A DNA stretch of 64,000 bases from positions 15,010 to 79,009 of the forward strand of contig CDMY01000425.1 of the NCBI GenBank assembly GCA_001179505.1, written 5' to 3'. Positions 46,482-59,264 of the stretch are shown here, piece by piece. This stretch comes from Vitrella brassicaformis CCMP3155. Taxonomy: Eukaryota; Protista; Chromerida. The notes under the pieces are model-generated. The model was not told where the DNA came from, did not search any database, and saw nothing but the letters and a program-made list of their open reading frames with translations. The translations under genes were made by a program, and so were the position numbers. Numbering within the stretch: the first letter of the stretch is position 1; each line of letters begins with the position of its first letter.

Positions 46482-49400
46482 TCACTGTGGCGTGAGGGTG
46501 GTGTCGCGGGGGGGCCTGCGAACGTCACGCCTGAACACACACGCACACACACACAGGAGCACCACGACATGTGATGTGCCACCGGGCCCCATCGGAGTGT
46601 CTGTTATGTGGCCCAGCCCAGCCCAGCCAGCGCACCTAGCGTCCTGTCTCTTGAGTTCGACCTTGAGGCGCTTGCGGCCCACCACGTAGCCGTTCATGCC
46701 CTGGATGGCAGCCAACGCCGACATGTACGTCTGATAGCACACAAACCTACACACACCACACCACACCACACCACACAATATGCAGAAGGGGGTGAGGCAG
46801 CTGGCTGGCTGGCTGATTGGCATACCCGAAGCCGCGCGAGAGCCCCGTGACGTTGTCGACGGCCACCTTGACCGACTGGATGGGGCCGAACTTGCCGAAG
46901 TGGTGGTGGAGGTCGGCGTCACACCAGTCGGGTGGCAGGTGGAACACTGAATGAACCACACACACACAAGCCACAACCACCAACAAGCCCTCACACACGC
47001 TCCCTCCCTCGTCCCTCCCTCCCTCCCTCCCTTCCCCCCCATGTGTGTGCACTCAGCTCACCGAAGAGGTTGGTGGCGTCGTTGAAGCGGCCTCGTGAGC
47101 TGCTGTGCTGCGGGGCGCCCTGCGGGACCCCCCCTCTGATGGCCATGCCGTTGGGCGACATCTCCACCATGCCCGATCGCGAGTAGGACGGCGTGAGCGC
47201 CCCGCGGTAGGCGAGCTCGTCGTATCTCGAGTAGCCGCGCATGCCCATGGTGCTGCGGTAGCCGGTGGGGATGTATGGGGGCCACTCGTTGGGCAGGCTG
47301 GTGCCGAAGCGCGACTGCGGGTCCTCGTGGCCGTTGCTGGCGATCTCGGGGATCGACAGGGGCACTGCGGGAGGGGTGTGCTTGGGCATCCGGGACGATC
47401 CGGACGACGGCTTGGGCTGCTTGTACACGTAGGGGTAGCCGGACTGGTAGGGGTGCGGGAGGCCCTGGGCGGACGGCGAGGCGCCCCCGCCACCTCTGCT
47501 GAAGTCGAATGAGCGCGGCGCGACGTGTGGGTAGCCGTAGGAGCCGTCGTAGGCCGGTCCGGGGTGCTGGGGGTTGATGGGGCTGGGAGTGGGGGTGTTG
47601 CCGCGAGAAAGGGCGTGCTGCGCGTGGTGGGGGTAGTAGTTGAGGAACGCCGCCCCGGGTGAGGTGGGTGCGAGTCGGAGGTTGCCGAACTGGGAGGGGC
47701 TGGGGGCGAGGGGAGGGGCGCCCAGGTAGGCACGGGCAAACTGCTCCTCGCCACGCTTCAACTGAACCTGCACACATCACATACACACACGACAGACAGA
47801 CAGACAGACAGAGGGAAGGGAGCATTAGAGCGGTGGTGTGGTGTCTGTCTGGTGTGCGCGTCTGAGTGGTTACCTTGAGTCTCTTGCCCTCGACAGAGAA
47901 TCCATCCATGCCGGTGATGGCGTGTAGGGCCGAGATGGGGTTGTCGAAGTTGACGAATGCGTACCCGCGGCTGTTGCCGTCGTCGTTGCGCGCCACACGC
48001 AGACTCACGATGCGACCGTACTTGCCAAACAGCTGACGTGCGACCATGACACAAACACAAACCAAACGCACAAGAGTGAGCGAGCCAAGGGATGAGCGCT
48101 GCGCGTGTGGCTTCTGTGTGTGTGTGTGTGTCGTCTGTGTCATGCGTGTACCTACCTCGCGCAGCTTGTCGTCATTCCAGGCCGCAGGCACCTGAGAGGC
48201 GACAAGACAAGACAAGACACACCAAGGTACGTACAACACACCATTCCATTCATTTATTAGGTGGATGGATGTGCGAGTGGTGCGGTGAGTGCTCACGTGG
48301 AAGACGAATATGTTGCAGCCTCGGGGACCGTGCCGACCCTGGACCTGGCAGACACACACGCACACACAGAGCACCCCACCCAGAGAGACCCACATGTGAA
48401 GGCGGCTCAGGCACGTGTCGCGTGCACACGACATGCAGTGGTGTCGGACTGGACATGGCCGTGTTATGAGATGAGAGTGTCATCGGTTGGCCGCGGGAGG
48501 GAGAGGAAGGCCGACATAGTGGAGTGAGAGATAGAGCCGTGAGTGGAGGAGAGAGGAGCAGGGTCGGGTCGGGTCGCCTCCCACCCTCCCTCTCCCCTCC
48601 CCCCGTCAGTCAGTGTCGTCGTGGGCCTTACATACCTTGTGGATTTCTCCCACGACGTCCGACACCTCCTGGCTGCCGGAGAAGGCACGACCCTCGCCCC
48701 CGGTCCCACCCTCCACGACGGCCGGAACTTTCCTCTGGCTGCGCAGCTCCTCCTCTCGATCGTTGAGCACATGCGCCTTGAGGGTGAGGTCGAGGTCGAA
48801 CAGCGATGTGGGAGAGGCGGGCGGCACGACTGACGGGCAGGGAAGGGGGCGGGGGGAGGGGGCGTGGGCGGGGTGGTTGTGGTGGGAGAAGGGGGAGTCG
48901 TGTTGGGCTGCTGGTGATGGGTGTGGGAAGGGGTAGCCGGCCGAGTAGTGGTAGGGGTGCACGTGGGCGTAGGGGTACATCTGGGGGGTCGTCGTCAGTG
49001 TGTGGTCTTGCTCATCGAAAGGGTAGCCGTAGCCGTGCCCGCCGCCATAGCCGTCGGCCGCACCCCATGCGGCCCCTCCTCCCCCCATTGTGTGCTGGTG
49101 GTGGTGGTGGTAGTGTTGGGTGTGGGTGTGGTCGGGGAGGGGTGATGGTCTTACCAGTATGTTCTGCCCGTGGACATCCTGGTAGAGTGAGTTCCAGAGG
49201 AAGCGGGTCTCCTCGGGGGTCTTCTTGAACTCCACCTTGAGGCGCTTGCCCTGGATGGTGTAGCCGTTCATCTTGAGGACAGCCGTCTTGGCCTCCTCGG
49301 GCGTCTCGTACAGCACGAACCCGAAGCCGCGCGTAGTGCCGTCCTGCTTCTTGACCACACGGCAGCTCACCACAGTGCCGAAGTGTCCGAAGTGCTGAAC

Positions 49401-50007
49401 GAACACAGCACACACCAGACAGACAGAGAACACAGAGTGAGATCAATCAACACTCGGGGAGATGTATGTGTGTGTGTGTGTGTGTGTTGTGGGTGTGTTG
49501 TGGGTGTGACACGATACCTCCTCGAGCTCCTTGTCGTTCCAGTCAGGCGGCAGATGGAACACTGCACACACACACACCCGACCAACACACACATGCATGT
49601 GTGTCTCGTCTCCCTCCCAGCTTCCCTCCTGTCTCGGCCTTTGCCATGCGGTGCTCACCGAACAGGTTTCTGTCTCTGTGTTCGCGCTTGAGGTCGGTGT
49701 GTCTGAGTGCGCTCTTGGTGAGGGCGCCCGTGCGGCCCGTCTCGGATGGGGCGGTGCTCATGGCCGTGGTGGGCGTCGGCTTGTCGCGGTCCTCGTCGGT
49801 GTTGGTCTTGCCCGGCACACGGATTGTGAGCGCCTGCTTGGCCGCGGGCGGCACTCCCTGCTGCTGGGTGGTGTGGTCGTCGCTGTTGGCGGCGGAAGCC
49901 TGTGTGGCGGGGGACTGCTTGGAGGAGGGTGGGTCGAAGTAGGTGGTGGGCGAGTCAGATGTGGACGGGGTGGCTTCCTCACTCGTGTGGTGCCCGGCGT
50001 GAGTCAT
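46482..50007 (-). CDS. CELF/Bruno-like RNA-binding protein with three RRMs separated by low-complexity P/H/Y/S linkers
   Basis: RRM1 NLFVFHLPPDW..RGFGFVLY..MNGYTIQGKRLKVEFKK; RRM2 GPRGCNIFVFH..RGYAFVNF..GKRLKVQLKR; RRM3 NLFVFHLPPDW..RGFGFVCY..MNGYVVGRKRLKVELKR. Confidence 0.88.
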
Positions 50008-50536
50008 CAGATGAATGCACAGACGGGGACACGGCTCCCCGAGAGACACGAGCAATCAGCTGACGTGACGGCACACACTCGGTCGGGCGGCCTGGTCGCA
50101 GGGCGGAGACAGGCAGGGTGGATGCGGCTCCTGCTTGTCTTGCTGCCGTTGCTTCACTCAGATGGCGGCGTTGCGGGCAGAGAGAGACGCGGGTGAGACA
50201 GAGGGGAGCTGTGCGACACAGGGGAGGGCGGCAGGCGCCACCAGGCCGGGAGGGAGGACGTTGCACCAGAGAGGGAGGCAGCTCAGGTGAAACCGCCTCA
50301 AAGCAAGACAAAGCTGAGAGAGAAGGCCACGGACGGGGAGTCGGAGGGGCACACGTAAGCTTGGAAACCCCGATCAGCTTTTTGTTTTGGCGAGAGCCGT
50401 TGCAGAGGTCGACCCGCAGTGGGACAAGCAGATGCACAGATGCAAGATCTACGATAGGGAATGATCCCTCAGTCGGATGCAATGCACCGCACCCGTCACT
50501 TTCGAGCACAAGATACAAGAGGGAGGGATAGCTGCA

Positions 50537-50544
50537 AGCTCGCA
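50537..50544. promoter_or_regulatory. AGCTCGCA (reverse complement of TGCGAGCT) about 74 bp upstream of the REI1 start
   Basis: Exact 8-mer in a divergent promoter. Confidence 0.45.
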
Positions 50545-50617
50545 AATCCGGCGACAAACGAAGCGCGGACCACGAGAGGTAGGACAGCAGCAGCGTCTGA
50601 CAGTATCTATCGTACGT

Positions 50618-52928
50618 ATGCAGACGACAGAAGCAATGGAGGTTTCTTCAGCTCTGAAGGTGAGAAGAGAAAGGAAAGCGTCACTGGCACTCCCTGAACA
50701 CACTCGCTCACTGGATGTGAACGTTGCCTGTGTGTCACCCACGGTTCAGTGTACAGCGTGCCAGATCACGCTTGACGATGCCGAAGGCCAGCGACGTCAC
50801 TACAAAACCGACTGGTGAACTAGCGACAACGATGAGATACAGCTCGTGGGTGGTGTTTGAACTATCGCATTGTCCTCTCAGGCACCGCTACAACCTCAAG
50901 CGCAAGGTGGCTGGTGAGTTAGCGTGAGTATATGACCACAATACTCACCCGGCCCACCGATCAGCGCGCGTGTGTCCTGACTGACTGACTGACTGACAGG
51001 CATCGGTCCCATCTCTCTCCAGATGTTTGAGCGTAAGCCCTTGCAGCGTTCATCGTCTGGCCAATCTGTATGTGCCTGCGTGATGTCAGGCAAGCTGGCG
51101 CTGCTCGCATCAGTTCCGGTCAGTCAGTCCTGCAGTCAGTCCGTGAGTCACTCCACATACAATGTGGCCCTTGCATGTCCTCTGTCTGCACTGTGTGGTG
51201 TTTGTTGTCTGTCCCCAGGTGACGGTCAAGGGCGTCGGCCATCTGAAGCAGACAGACAGGAGGAAGGGGGGCAGAGGGGACAAAGACGACAAGACTGCCG
51301 CATCCTCGAGCACCGCCGAGGCGCCCTCTGCCGCTGGGCCAGCACAGCCGAGCAGCGTCGAGTACAAGCTGACGCAGTGCTTCTTCGATGACACTGAACA
51401 CGAGAGCATCGACAAGTGAGAGAGAGAGAGGGAGAGAGAGAGAGGGGGAGAGAGAGACGTGGAGGATGGGTGTCTGTCTGTCTGTCTGTGTGAGTGTGCA
51501 GGCTGCTGACATACATGGGCCAGCACTACTCGTTCTTCATTCCTGACGCAGAGTACCTGGTCGACATCAAGGGCCTGCTCAGGTGGGCGGCTCGGCGGGT
51601 GGTGTCATGTCATGCGAGAGCGATGTCATCAATGCTGGATTGTCTGTCTGTCTGTCTGTCAGGTTCCTTGGCGGCAAGGTGTTCGAGCGACACCAGTGTC
51701 TGTACTGCAACAAGGTCTTTTCAAGCCTGTCCGCTGTCAGAGACCACATGGTGCGTCGGCTGTCAACCACACCCACGCTCACCACACCCATCGTTTGGCT
51801 CTGCTCGCTTCACTTCATTTAGTTGGCCAAAGGTCACACGCAGGTGGGCATCGACAACGAGGAGATACTGGCGGAGATCGAGCCCTTCTACGACTACCGG
51901 GCCTCATACAAGGAGGTACAGGAAGAAAGACACCCCACCCACACAGGCGCAGAGGGAGAACACCAGTACTACCAGCCCCAACCAACACGGACTGCCATTC
52001 CTCCCTTGTCCTTGCTGCCTGCCTGCAGCTGTACGCTGCGCGTCGTTTGAAGAGCGATGGCAAACAGCCCCCTCCATCAACAGCAGCAGTGGAGGGGCCT
52101 GAGCGGATGCGTCTGAGTGACATCCCGGAGGAGGCCGCTGGTGAGGAGGACGAGTGGGAGGCCGTGGACGAGGAGGGCGAGATCGACATCAGCGATGAGG
52201 AGGACTTCGGCGCCATACTCGAGCAATAGTGAGTGCCCAAGGGCCGGACGGAATCATGGACTGGCAAAAGAACGCTGCCACACTTTTGGTTCCCTCTGCC
52301 TGTCTTGCTCTCCTTCTTCAGCGGATTGTCGAGTGCTGAGGTGACTGCGACTGGCAACCTCAAGCTGCCCGATGGAAGAGAGTAGGCAACACACGCCACG
52401 CCAGCCTTACACACCGTCACTGCCGCCAACTGCGCTGTCTGTCCCGATCTCATTGACGTCAGGGCTGCCCATCGGTCGGTGGCTTACGTCTATCGCCAGC
52501 GCATACCCAACCGCACCCCGCCTGGCGGCCCTGTCGCTGCAGCCCTCCAGGACAAGACCAACAACCCCAGACTCATGCTCACTGAGGTCGGGCTTGGTGC
52601 ATGAATGGACTGCATTGCTCGTGTGTGTGTCGTGGTGTTGTATTGTATTGTGGCTTTGCTTGCGTGTCTGTCAGGGCAAGGAGCTGACCGCCGACGAGAA
52701 GATGGAGAAGCGCCGGCTGCGCAAGGAGACGGCATCCATCCTCAAACGACACCTCGCCGAACAGACAAGGTGAGAAGCATGGCGACATGGATGGATGGAT
52801 GGATCGGCTAATGCTGGTGTGTGCATTGTGTGTGTGTGTGTGTGAGTGTGTGTGTCAGGTTGGGTGTCAAGAGCAACAGGCTTGCTCGGAACATCGTGCG
52901 TTCTGAGCAATGTTCGTCGGGGAGATGA
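50618..52928 (+). CDS. REI1: REI1/ZNF622 C2H2 zinc-finger cytoplasmic pre-60S maturation factor
   Basis: CTAC..QRRHYKTDW|HRYNLKRKVAG, YMGQHYSFFIPDAEYLVD, CLYCNKVFSSLSAVRDHM..KGH, FYDY, LKLPDG. Confidence 0.93.
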
Positions 52929-53438
52929 CTGGTCGGTCGTGTGGGCGTGGCGTGCACGCGTGAAGCCCTTGACAGCTGTGTGCAGTGACGGGCAACCCGT
53001 CCATGTGCAGTGGTTTGCAGTGTCTCTCTTTCTCTGAGGAATGACCTTGTATGTGTATGGGATGACGTTGTTATCTTCCTGGCCTGGCGACGGTGTGCAG
53101 TGAAGTACATGAAATGCATTAAACCCACAGACGTATGGACAACCAACCACGCAGATCTCTCCGTCATCACAAACCTACACGGCCAACAGCTCACTAATTA
53201 TCGTATCACACACATCCGCTCCGCTCCCTAGGCATCGATTGACCACTGCACCCACCATCATCATCGTAGAGGTATCGCTCCACGATCATCACTATCACTT
53301 GATGGATGCACACCCATGGACTGGACGGTCCACCAGGCAAAACCGCCGCTACGCTCTTCCTCCCTCCCCAATCAACACCACCGACCCACGCCTACTCGCC
53401 CACTCGTATCAGCTACCATTCACGAAAATGTCGCCGCG

Positions 53439-55645
53439 CTACGGTGCCATCCCGGCCTCCATGGCCTTCTCGCCTGCCTGCTGTCGCGCTGTGTCCCGCT
53501 TGACGATCGCAAAGTTCTCCAGTATCTCGTCGTCAGAGGAGTGGGGCCGCTGAATCGTCACACGGATGTCCCACCTTGTCGCCTCCGCCCTCACCGCCCT
53601 GTACAGCATCTCACAGATGCCCATACACCGATCGGCCTCGCCGCGGACGGCAAAACACCGCAGTGGGGGCCGCCCATGGCCGCCCAGCAAACGGGCGTTG
53701 CCGTCCTCCTGGGTCATGATCATGCGCTTTGCCTCTCGCACATACTGGTCGACGGTGCGGTTGGTGCGGTCACCGACGGGCTGATCGCCTATGTGGATGT
53801 GGGGGCGGTGGTGCATAAACTGACCAACGGTCGTTAGCACGTCCACTGGCAGCGTGATGCTGTTGGTGCGGAGGGGGATGGTCCGGGTGAGGGAGGCCGT
53901 GAGGGAGCGGCTGGGGCGAAGGGCGTCGTTGATGGTCCGCATGGCCATGCGGGGGACCGACACGTTCAGAAACGACCGGTAGGCGTCGACCAGCAAGCGC
54001 TTCCATGATGGCGTCGGAACCACGCGCTTCCATGTTGGCGTGGAAACCACCACATCCGGCTCGCTCAGACCGCCGCCACTGCTGTCGCTCTCCATGTCAT
54101 CCCAGCCCCGATGCTTCGCAGTCTGCAGAGGGGCCCGTTGCACGGCCCCTGGCCACGCGTCAGCCGCTGCCAGAGACGCGCCGTGCTCGAGCAGGTTGAC
54201 CAGGACCTCGGTGTCTGTGCCCGCCAACGACTGGGCCACGGCCTTGAGCAGCGTGCGTCCATCGCTGTTGGGGGTGTTGATGTGCTGCGCGGCGCCGTGG
54301 TGGCACAGACGGTCAACCGTCGCCTCGTCCACACCCTCACCCTCACCCTCCCACTCCTCGTCTCGCCCACCACCGTCCGACAAGTCGATATACGCGTACC
54401 AAAGCGGCCTCTCGCCGTCCTCGTCGGGTGTGTTGACGACATCCGGGCCCACCTTGGCCACGAAGTAGTCAATGAGCAGCTCCTGGCACTGACTGTCTCG
54501 CAGCGGATGCTGGCAGAAGCAGTGGATGGGCTGCATCCCACTGTCGTCCTCCTCTGTCAAGACCGACGCATCGCGGTCGCCGGCGGCCTTTGTCATCCGC
54601 AGCCGGGCCGCTGGCGTCAGGTATTGGTCGTCGGCCACTGCCAACTCGCGCAGTAGCGACACTCCCACAACCCCGGCCCAGTTGCACTGTGGCTCGAGGA
54701 GGACCTCGATGAGGTCCCATCTGTCCTTCTCGAGACAGTACTGGAGGTTGTCTGCGTCTCGACCGGCGCCCGCATCCAGCAGCACTCGCAGCACGCCCGC
54801 AGCACACACCGCAGCACGGTGGTACTTGGCCAGCAGTTGGACCAGGGCCCGCCGATGGCCGTCTACCGTCACGGTCGCCTTCGCATCGGCTCCTTGGCAG
54901 AAGAGGTGTCGTGCCGCTGACGCCGTCATCTCCTCGCAGGCGACACCGATGCACAGCCGCCGTGTGGCCTCGCTGGCAGCGTCGGTGAAGCCGATGGTGA
55001 TGGGGCGTTCGTGTGTGGACGCGTGGATCTTCACTGTGTTGGGCAGCGTGGTCATCTGGCCGTGTGTGGTGGGCAGGGCGGTGAAGGGCGTGGGCGACTG
55101 GATGGCGTTCAGCGATGAGAAGGGAGCCTGAGACGCCTGAACGACCACAGAAGATTTCCGTCCAAATCCACTTCACTGGTGCCGCTCCCTCCTCACCCAC
55201 CCACCTGATGTGAGGGCGTCACGATGACCCATTTCCCTCCATACTTGCCGAAGCTGTCCACTATGATGTGCAGCGCACCGTGCTCTCCGTCGGGATCTAT
55301 GCGCTCCACCCTCTCAGGCGGATACATGGGCATGCCGTCGTTGCCGTTGTCGTCTCGCCGGATCTGCCCATCTGGGGTCGTGATGGCGTAGTTGTACTTG
55401 TGCTCTCCTGACGGAACGGCCACGCAAACACTCCAGCGGCCCTCCGTAGGTGAGGGAGGGCTCATGGGGAGAGTGTGGTTGCCAATCACCAATGCTACTG
55501 CATGGATGCACGACGCATCAGGACAGCGTCGTCCACATGTGCCAGTGAGTGTGCTGCGGCGTGTGCGCGCGTGTGCGTCCTCACCTGATCCGCCCCGTCT
55601 GACGTCTTTCACCTTCACCTTGAACTGGAACTGAACGAGCGCCAT
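53439..55645 (-). CDS. N-terminal CBM20/CBM48-like beta-sandwich fused to an ankyrin-repeat-like region
   Basis: Exons from ATG 55645 give ...WSVCVAVPSGEHKYNYAI.... A phase-0 intron (about 55208-55137) joins these to the long exon ASQAPF... with GMQPIHCFC, VNTPDEDGERPLWYA, INTPNSDGRTLLKA and LLEHGASL. Confidence 0.7.
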
Positions 55646-55827
55646 GGGCTGCTGGACTGGGTTATGGAGGACACAACAAATCCAACACACACAGATTCAT
55701 TGCATCGTTCATTCACGTGTTCATTCATTCATCGTTCACAGCAATGACCCATACCTTTTCGGCAGCCTCTGCAGTCCCAAGTCGTGCCCAACTCCAACTC
55801 CAACTCCCAACTCAGTGAATGGCAAAA

Positions 55828-55835
55828 AGCTCGCA
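55828..55835. promoter_or_regulatory. AGCTCGCA motif in the divergent promoter between the ankyrin and PPOX-like genes
   Basis: Exact 8-mer. Confidence 0.45.
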
Positions 55836-55993
55836 ATTGATTTAGGGCACGAGTGCGACACTCTGCAATCGCGTGGATGGCCTTCTCTCTTACACTGGCT
55901 GCAACTGTCACTGCGTTCTATCTCCCTGCTCAGATCCCGACGCTGCGCACAGCATCCGCTGCTCTTACCCTGACGACCAGCAGGGGGAACAAG

Positions 55994-56852
55994 ATGGCCA
56001 GCGAAGGTAGGTCGCCACACTGATTCAAAAAGACAGCAAGATCATTATGAACGTCGCTTTCTACAACATGCAGGTCTCGCTGATATCGGTGCTGCTCCCC
56101 CTGCCCCTCCGCAGACGGCCGCAGACGAGCAGGAGGGTGAGCCTGAGGCTCTTCTGCCCGCCGCCATCCCCCGCTGGATGCGGGCAGTGGAGAAGAACAT
56201 CCACCAGAACCGCAACAACCCTCCAGCCAAGTGGTTCCAGCTGGCGACCATCGATGAGACCAGCCGGCCCCGCTGCCGCACAGTGGTGTTCCGCGGGTTT
56301 GTGGACAAGACCTCGCCTGAAGGGCTGATCAAGATCATCACGGACGCTCGGTCGCAGAAGGTGGGGCAGGTGGAGAGGAACCCCGCGGCTGAGGCGTGCT
56401 GGTACTTCGAGAGGAGTCGCGACCAGTTTCGGATTGCGGGGAACTTGAGAGTGGTGTCGCCCCAAGAGACCGACGAGAGATGGGCCCGCGAGCGCGTCAA
56501 CACCTGGAAGGCTCTCAGGTACACACACATCCATCCATCCATCCGTTCACCACGGAAGCAGCAATTGTGTCGTGTTATTCCCCGTCTGTGCAGTGACAAC
56601 GCCCGCATCCAGTTTGTGTGGCCCGAGCCCCGTGCGCCCCGGCCGCCCGACGCTGACGACCAGGCTGACTTCTACCCCCCTGCTCCCGACCCGTCCAGCC
56701 CCCCAGACACCTTCTGTCTGGTCATTTTGACTCCCGAGTCGGTCGACTATTTGCAGCTGAAGCCCAACCCGCAGTTGCGGCACCTGTTTACGAGGCGGGT
56801 GGATGAGAGTAGCGGGCAGATGTGCTGGGATGAGTGCAGGGTCAACCCATAG
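55994..56852 (+). CDS. Pyridoxamine 5'-phosphate oxidase-like FMN-binding protein (Alr4036-like family)
   Basis: FQLATID..PRCRTVVFRGF, TDARSQKVGQV..NPAAEACWYF....QFRIAG, FCLVILTPESVDYLQL; two introns. Confidence 0.88.
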
Positions 56853-57203
56853 CCATATGGCCAGACTTGGGTGTGTGTGTGTGTGTGTGTAGATAGTGGT
56901 AGAGTGTGCTTGTCTGCGGATGGCCGTCCATGCAGTCTTTCAGCAAAGCTGATGGATTGATGACTGTGTTGGCATGGGATAGATAGATAGATGGATGGGT
57001 GTGTATGGATGGATGGACGGACGAATGGGTGTGGGCGACTTCCTGTCCTCGTGAGTCGATGCGTGGATGGATCACGCCTTACAATATTCACAGGCGACAT
57101 GGCAAAACACGACGGACACACACGGCAACAAACAAATCCCCATGGCACGAATGCCCACAAGAAAGAGTCCCCCACCCCCCACATCATGCCATCCATTCAT
57201 AAA

Positions 57204-58742
57204 TCAGAGCTTCTGCACCTTGAGCGATCGTATACCCCTGACAGTGGGTTTGCAGTCCTGGTCACAGTCGGGCGGCACACAGTAGGGGGGCTTGGCGATG
57301 TGCTCCCGCATCGTGTCGTTGATGGCGTACTGGTACAGCTCCTGCTTGGCGCTGTACTTGATGGTGTCATTGTTTTCCACCTTGATGTCGAACGTCTCAT
57401 CGCTGACCAGGACGTTCTGCCAGGTGGCCTGGAACTTGTCGAAGGTGAGAGGGACCACCGGGTGGAACCACTCCTTCAGTGTGGGGTAGATTCGGCTGCT
57501 CCATTGGTCGGCGGGGAGGGCCAGGTGCACGCCACCCACGGCATCCAGCTGACGGAGGAAGGGCAAGTAAAACGACTCACTGACACACGAGATGATGAGA
57601 CACGGACAGCCAGAGATGTGGCGGCTTCGAGTGTGGAAGTCATCGTTATTTTGTTACTTGTAGAGCTGTTCGTCTGCCAAGGGCCACATTCTGGCGGTGA
57701 CGGGGGGGTTGCCGTAGGTGACGTCTGTGGGCACGGCACACACGTCTCTCCCTCCCAGATGGAACACAGTGGCGTCGCGGTCGCCCCGGTGGTTCTCTAT
57801 CACCCTGACATAGACACACACAGCCATTCCATTGGAGACACAGAGAGGGAGAGACAAAAGGTCTCACCATTCGTATGCAGGTTCGGGGAGCCCCCACGCC
57901 CCTTCGTCCAGGACATTCGGCTCACACTCCGGCCGCTGGTAAAGCGTCACCTTCGCCGGCCCCTACACATACCAAAGACGACGACACACAACACAACACG
58001 ACACAACACAACACGGCGCCCATCAGCGGAACGCAGAGCAGTGCAGTGCAGTGCCGTTCATTCTCCCTTCATTCATGAGTACCTGTATGCGCATAGACAT
58101 GGGTGGCCGCCCCTCTATGCCGCCGAACTCGCAGCACGTGGTGCATTCGTCAGCGGTGAAGGCCTTGTATTGGCCGGCGTGTCCGTCAGCGCCCGGCAGC
58201 TCGAAGAAGAAGATGCACACGCTGGCCTCCTCGCTGCACTCGGGCGGCATGCTCTTGTGGTGCGCATACATGTGGCCGAAATGAGCGTCGAAGTTGCCTC
58301 TGAGACACACAGACAGACACAGATGGAAAGACAGACAGGACGGAATGTGTGAAAGGAGCCCTTCCTTCCCGGCCTGCCTCACCTGGCGATGTAGTGAATG
58401 TAGTCGTTGACGGTTTCATGGATGAGGGTGCGGATGGCCTCGTATCCGCCCGTCACTTCCACAACGGGACTCGTCCACGAGGGATTGATCACCTGCAGCT
58501 CCGGCGCTGTCAGCCAATAACCTGCATGTGCAACACACACAAACAACAGAGAAAGACCACTGCATGCGAGATGATACCCAGTGCAGAGTACCTTTCCCCT
58601 GCTTTGGCGCGGCCCCACTGGCGATGCCGACCGCCACAAAGGAACACAGCGAAAGCGAAAGAACAGCCTGAGACCAGCACAGAGCTCTGGAAAGGAGCGT
58701 GTCAGTGCGCCAGCGCCATTTGCCAACCTGAGCCAATGGCAT
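57204..58742 (-). CDS. Hypothetical secreted or membrane-anchored Cys-containing protein
   Basis: Hydrophobic leader (AVLSLSLCSFVAVGIASG) spliced in phase to about five further exons with a continuous frame (ECTTCCEF, VTLYQRPEC, YCVPPDCDQDC); no family recognised. Confidence 0.6.
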
Positions 58743-58959
58743 TTCGTCGGGCTCTGTGAAAGACCATTGCAAGACCAAGTGTTGACAGCAAGGATGCACG
58801 ACTGTCACAACCGATGCGGTCACAAGCGAATCGTAAGGACGAATCGCAAGCACTTTCACAGTGCAAAGCCGGCCGGCAGAGGACCACAGCGCTCAGGAGG
58901 ATCGCGCGTTGGAAAAAGAAGGGGGCTGAAGGGAGAGATTTCAAAAAAGCGTGCTTCTA

Positions 58960-58967
58960 AGCTCGCA
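58960..58967. promoter_or_regulatory. AGCTCGCA motif in a divergent promoter
   Basis: Exact 8-mer between the starts at 58742 (-) and 59265 (+). Confidence 0.45.
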
Positions 58968-59264
58968 AACGATCCCGGAAAGGCCACAATGCCGGGGAAA
59001 AAGGACTATAACGACAATGGAGGTAAGTGAAGAGAAGCAAAAATGAGGTGACCAGCACACCAGGTCCATTTCATGCACTCTTGCCGCCCGCCTTTGCTCT
59101 GCGGTGTATGCAGCGCTTCGCGAGTCCCTTCAGGAGGTGCAGGTATGATGACTGATACCGCAAATGTACCCACTATCCATACTGGCATCACAATCCCTTG
59201 TTTCATGGTTGTCTAGGGCTGCATTTGCCGTCTCGCCGCTGCCAACTTCAGATTTGAACGCGGC

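Noticed and set aside
47053-48434. Long ORFs 47058..48434 and 47053..47754 as independent genes
   Set aside because: They are alternative-frame read-throughs of GC-rich CELF-like exons and introns; the RRM pieces fall in different frames and are joined by splicing.
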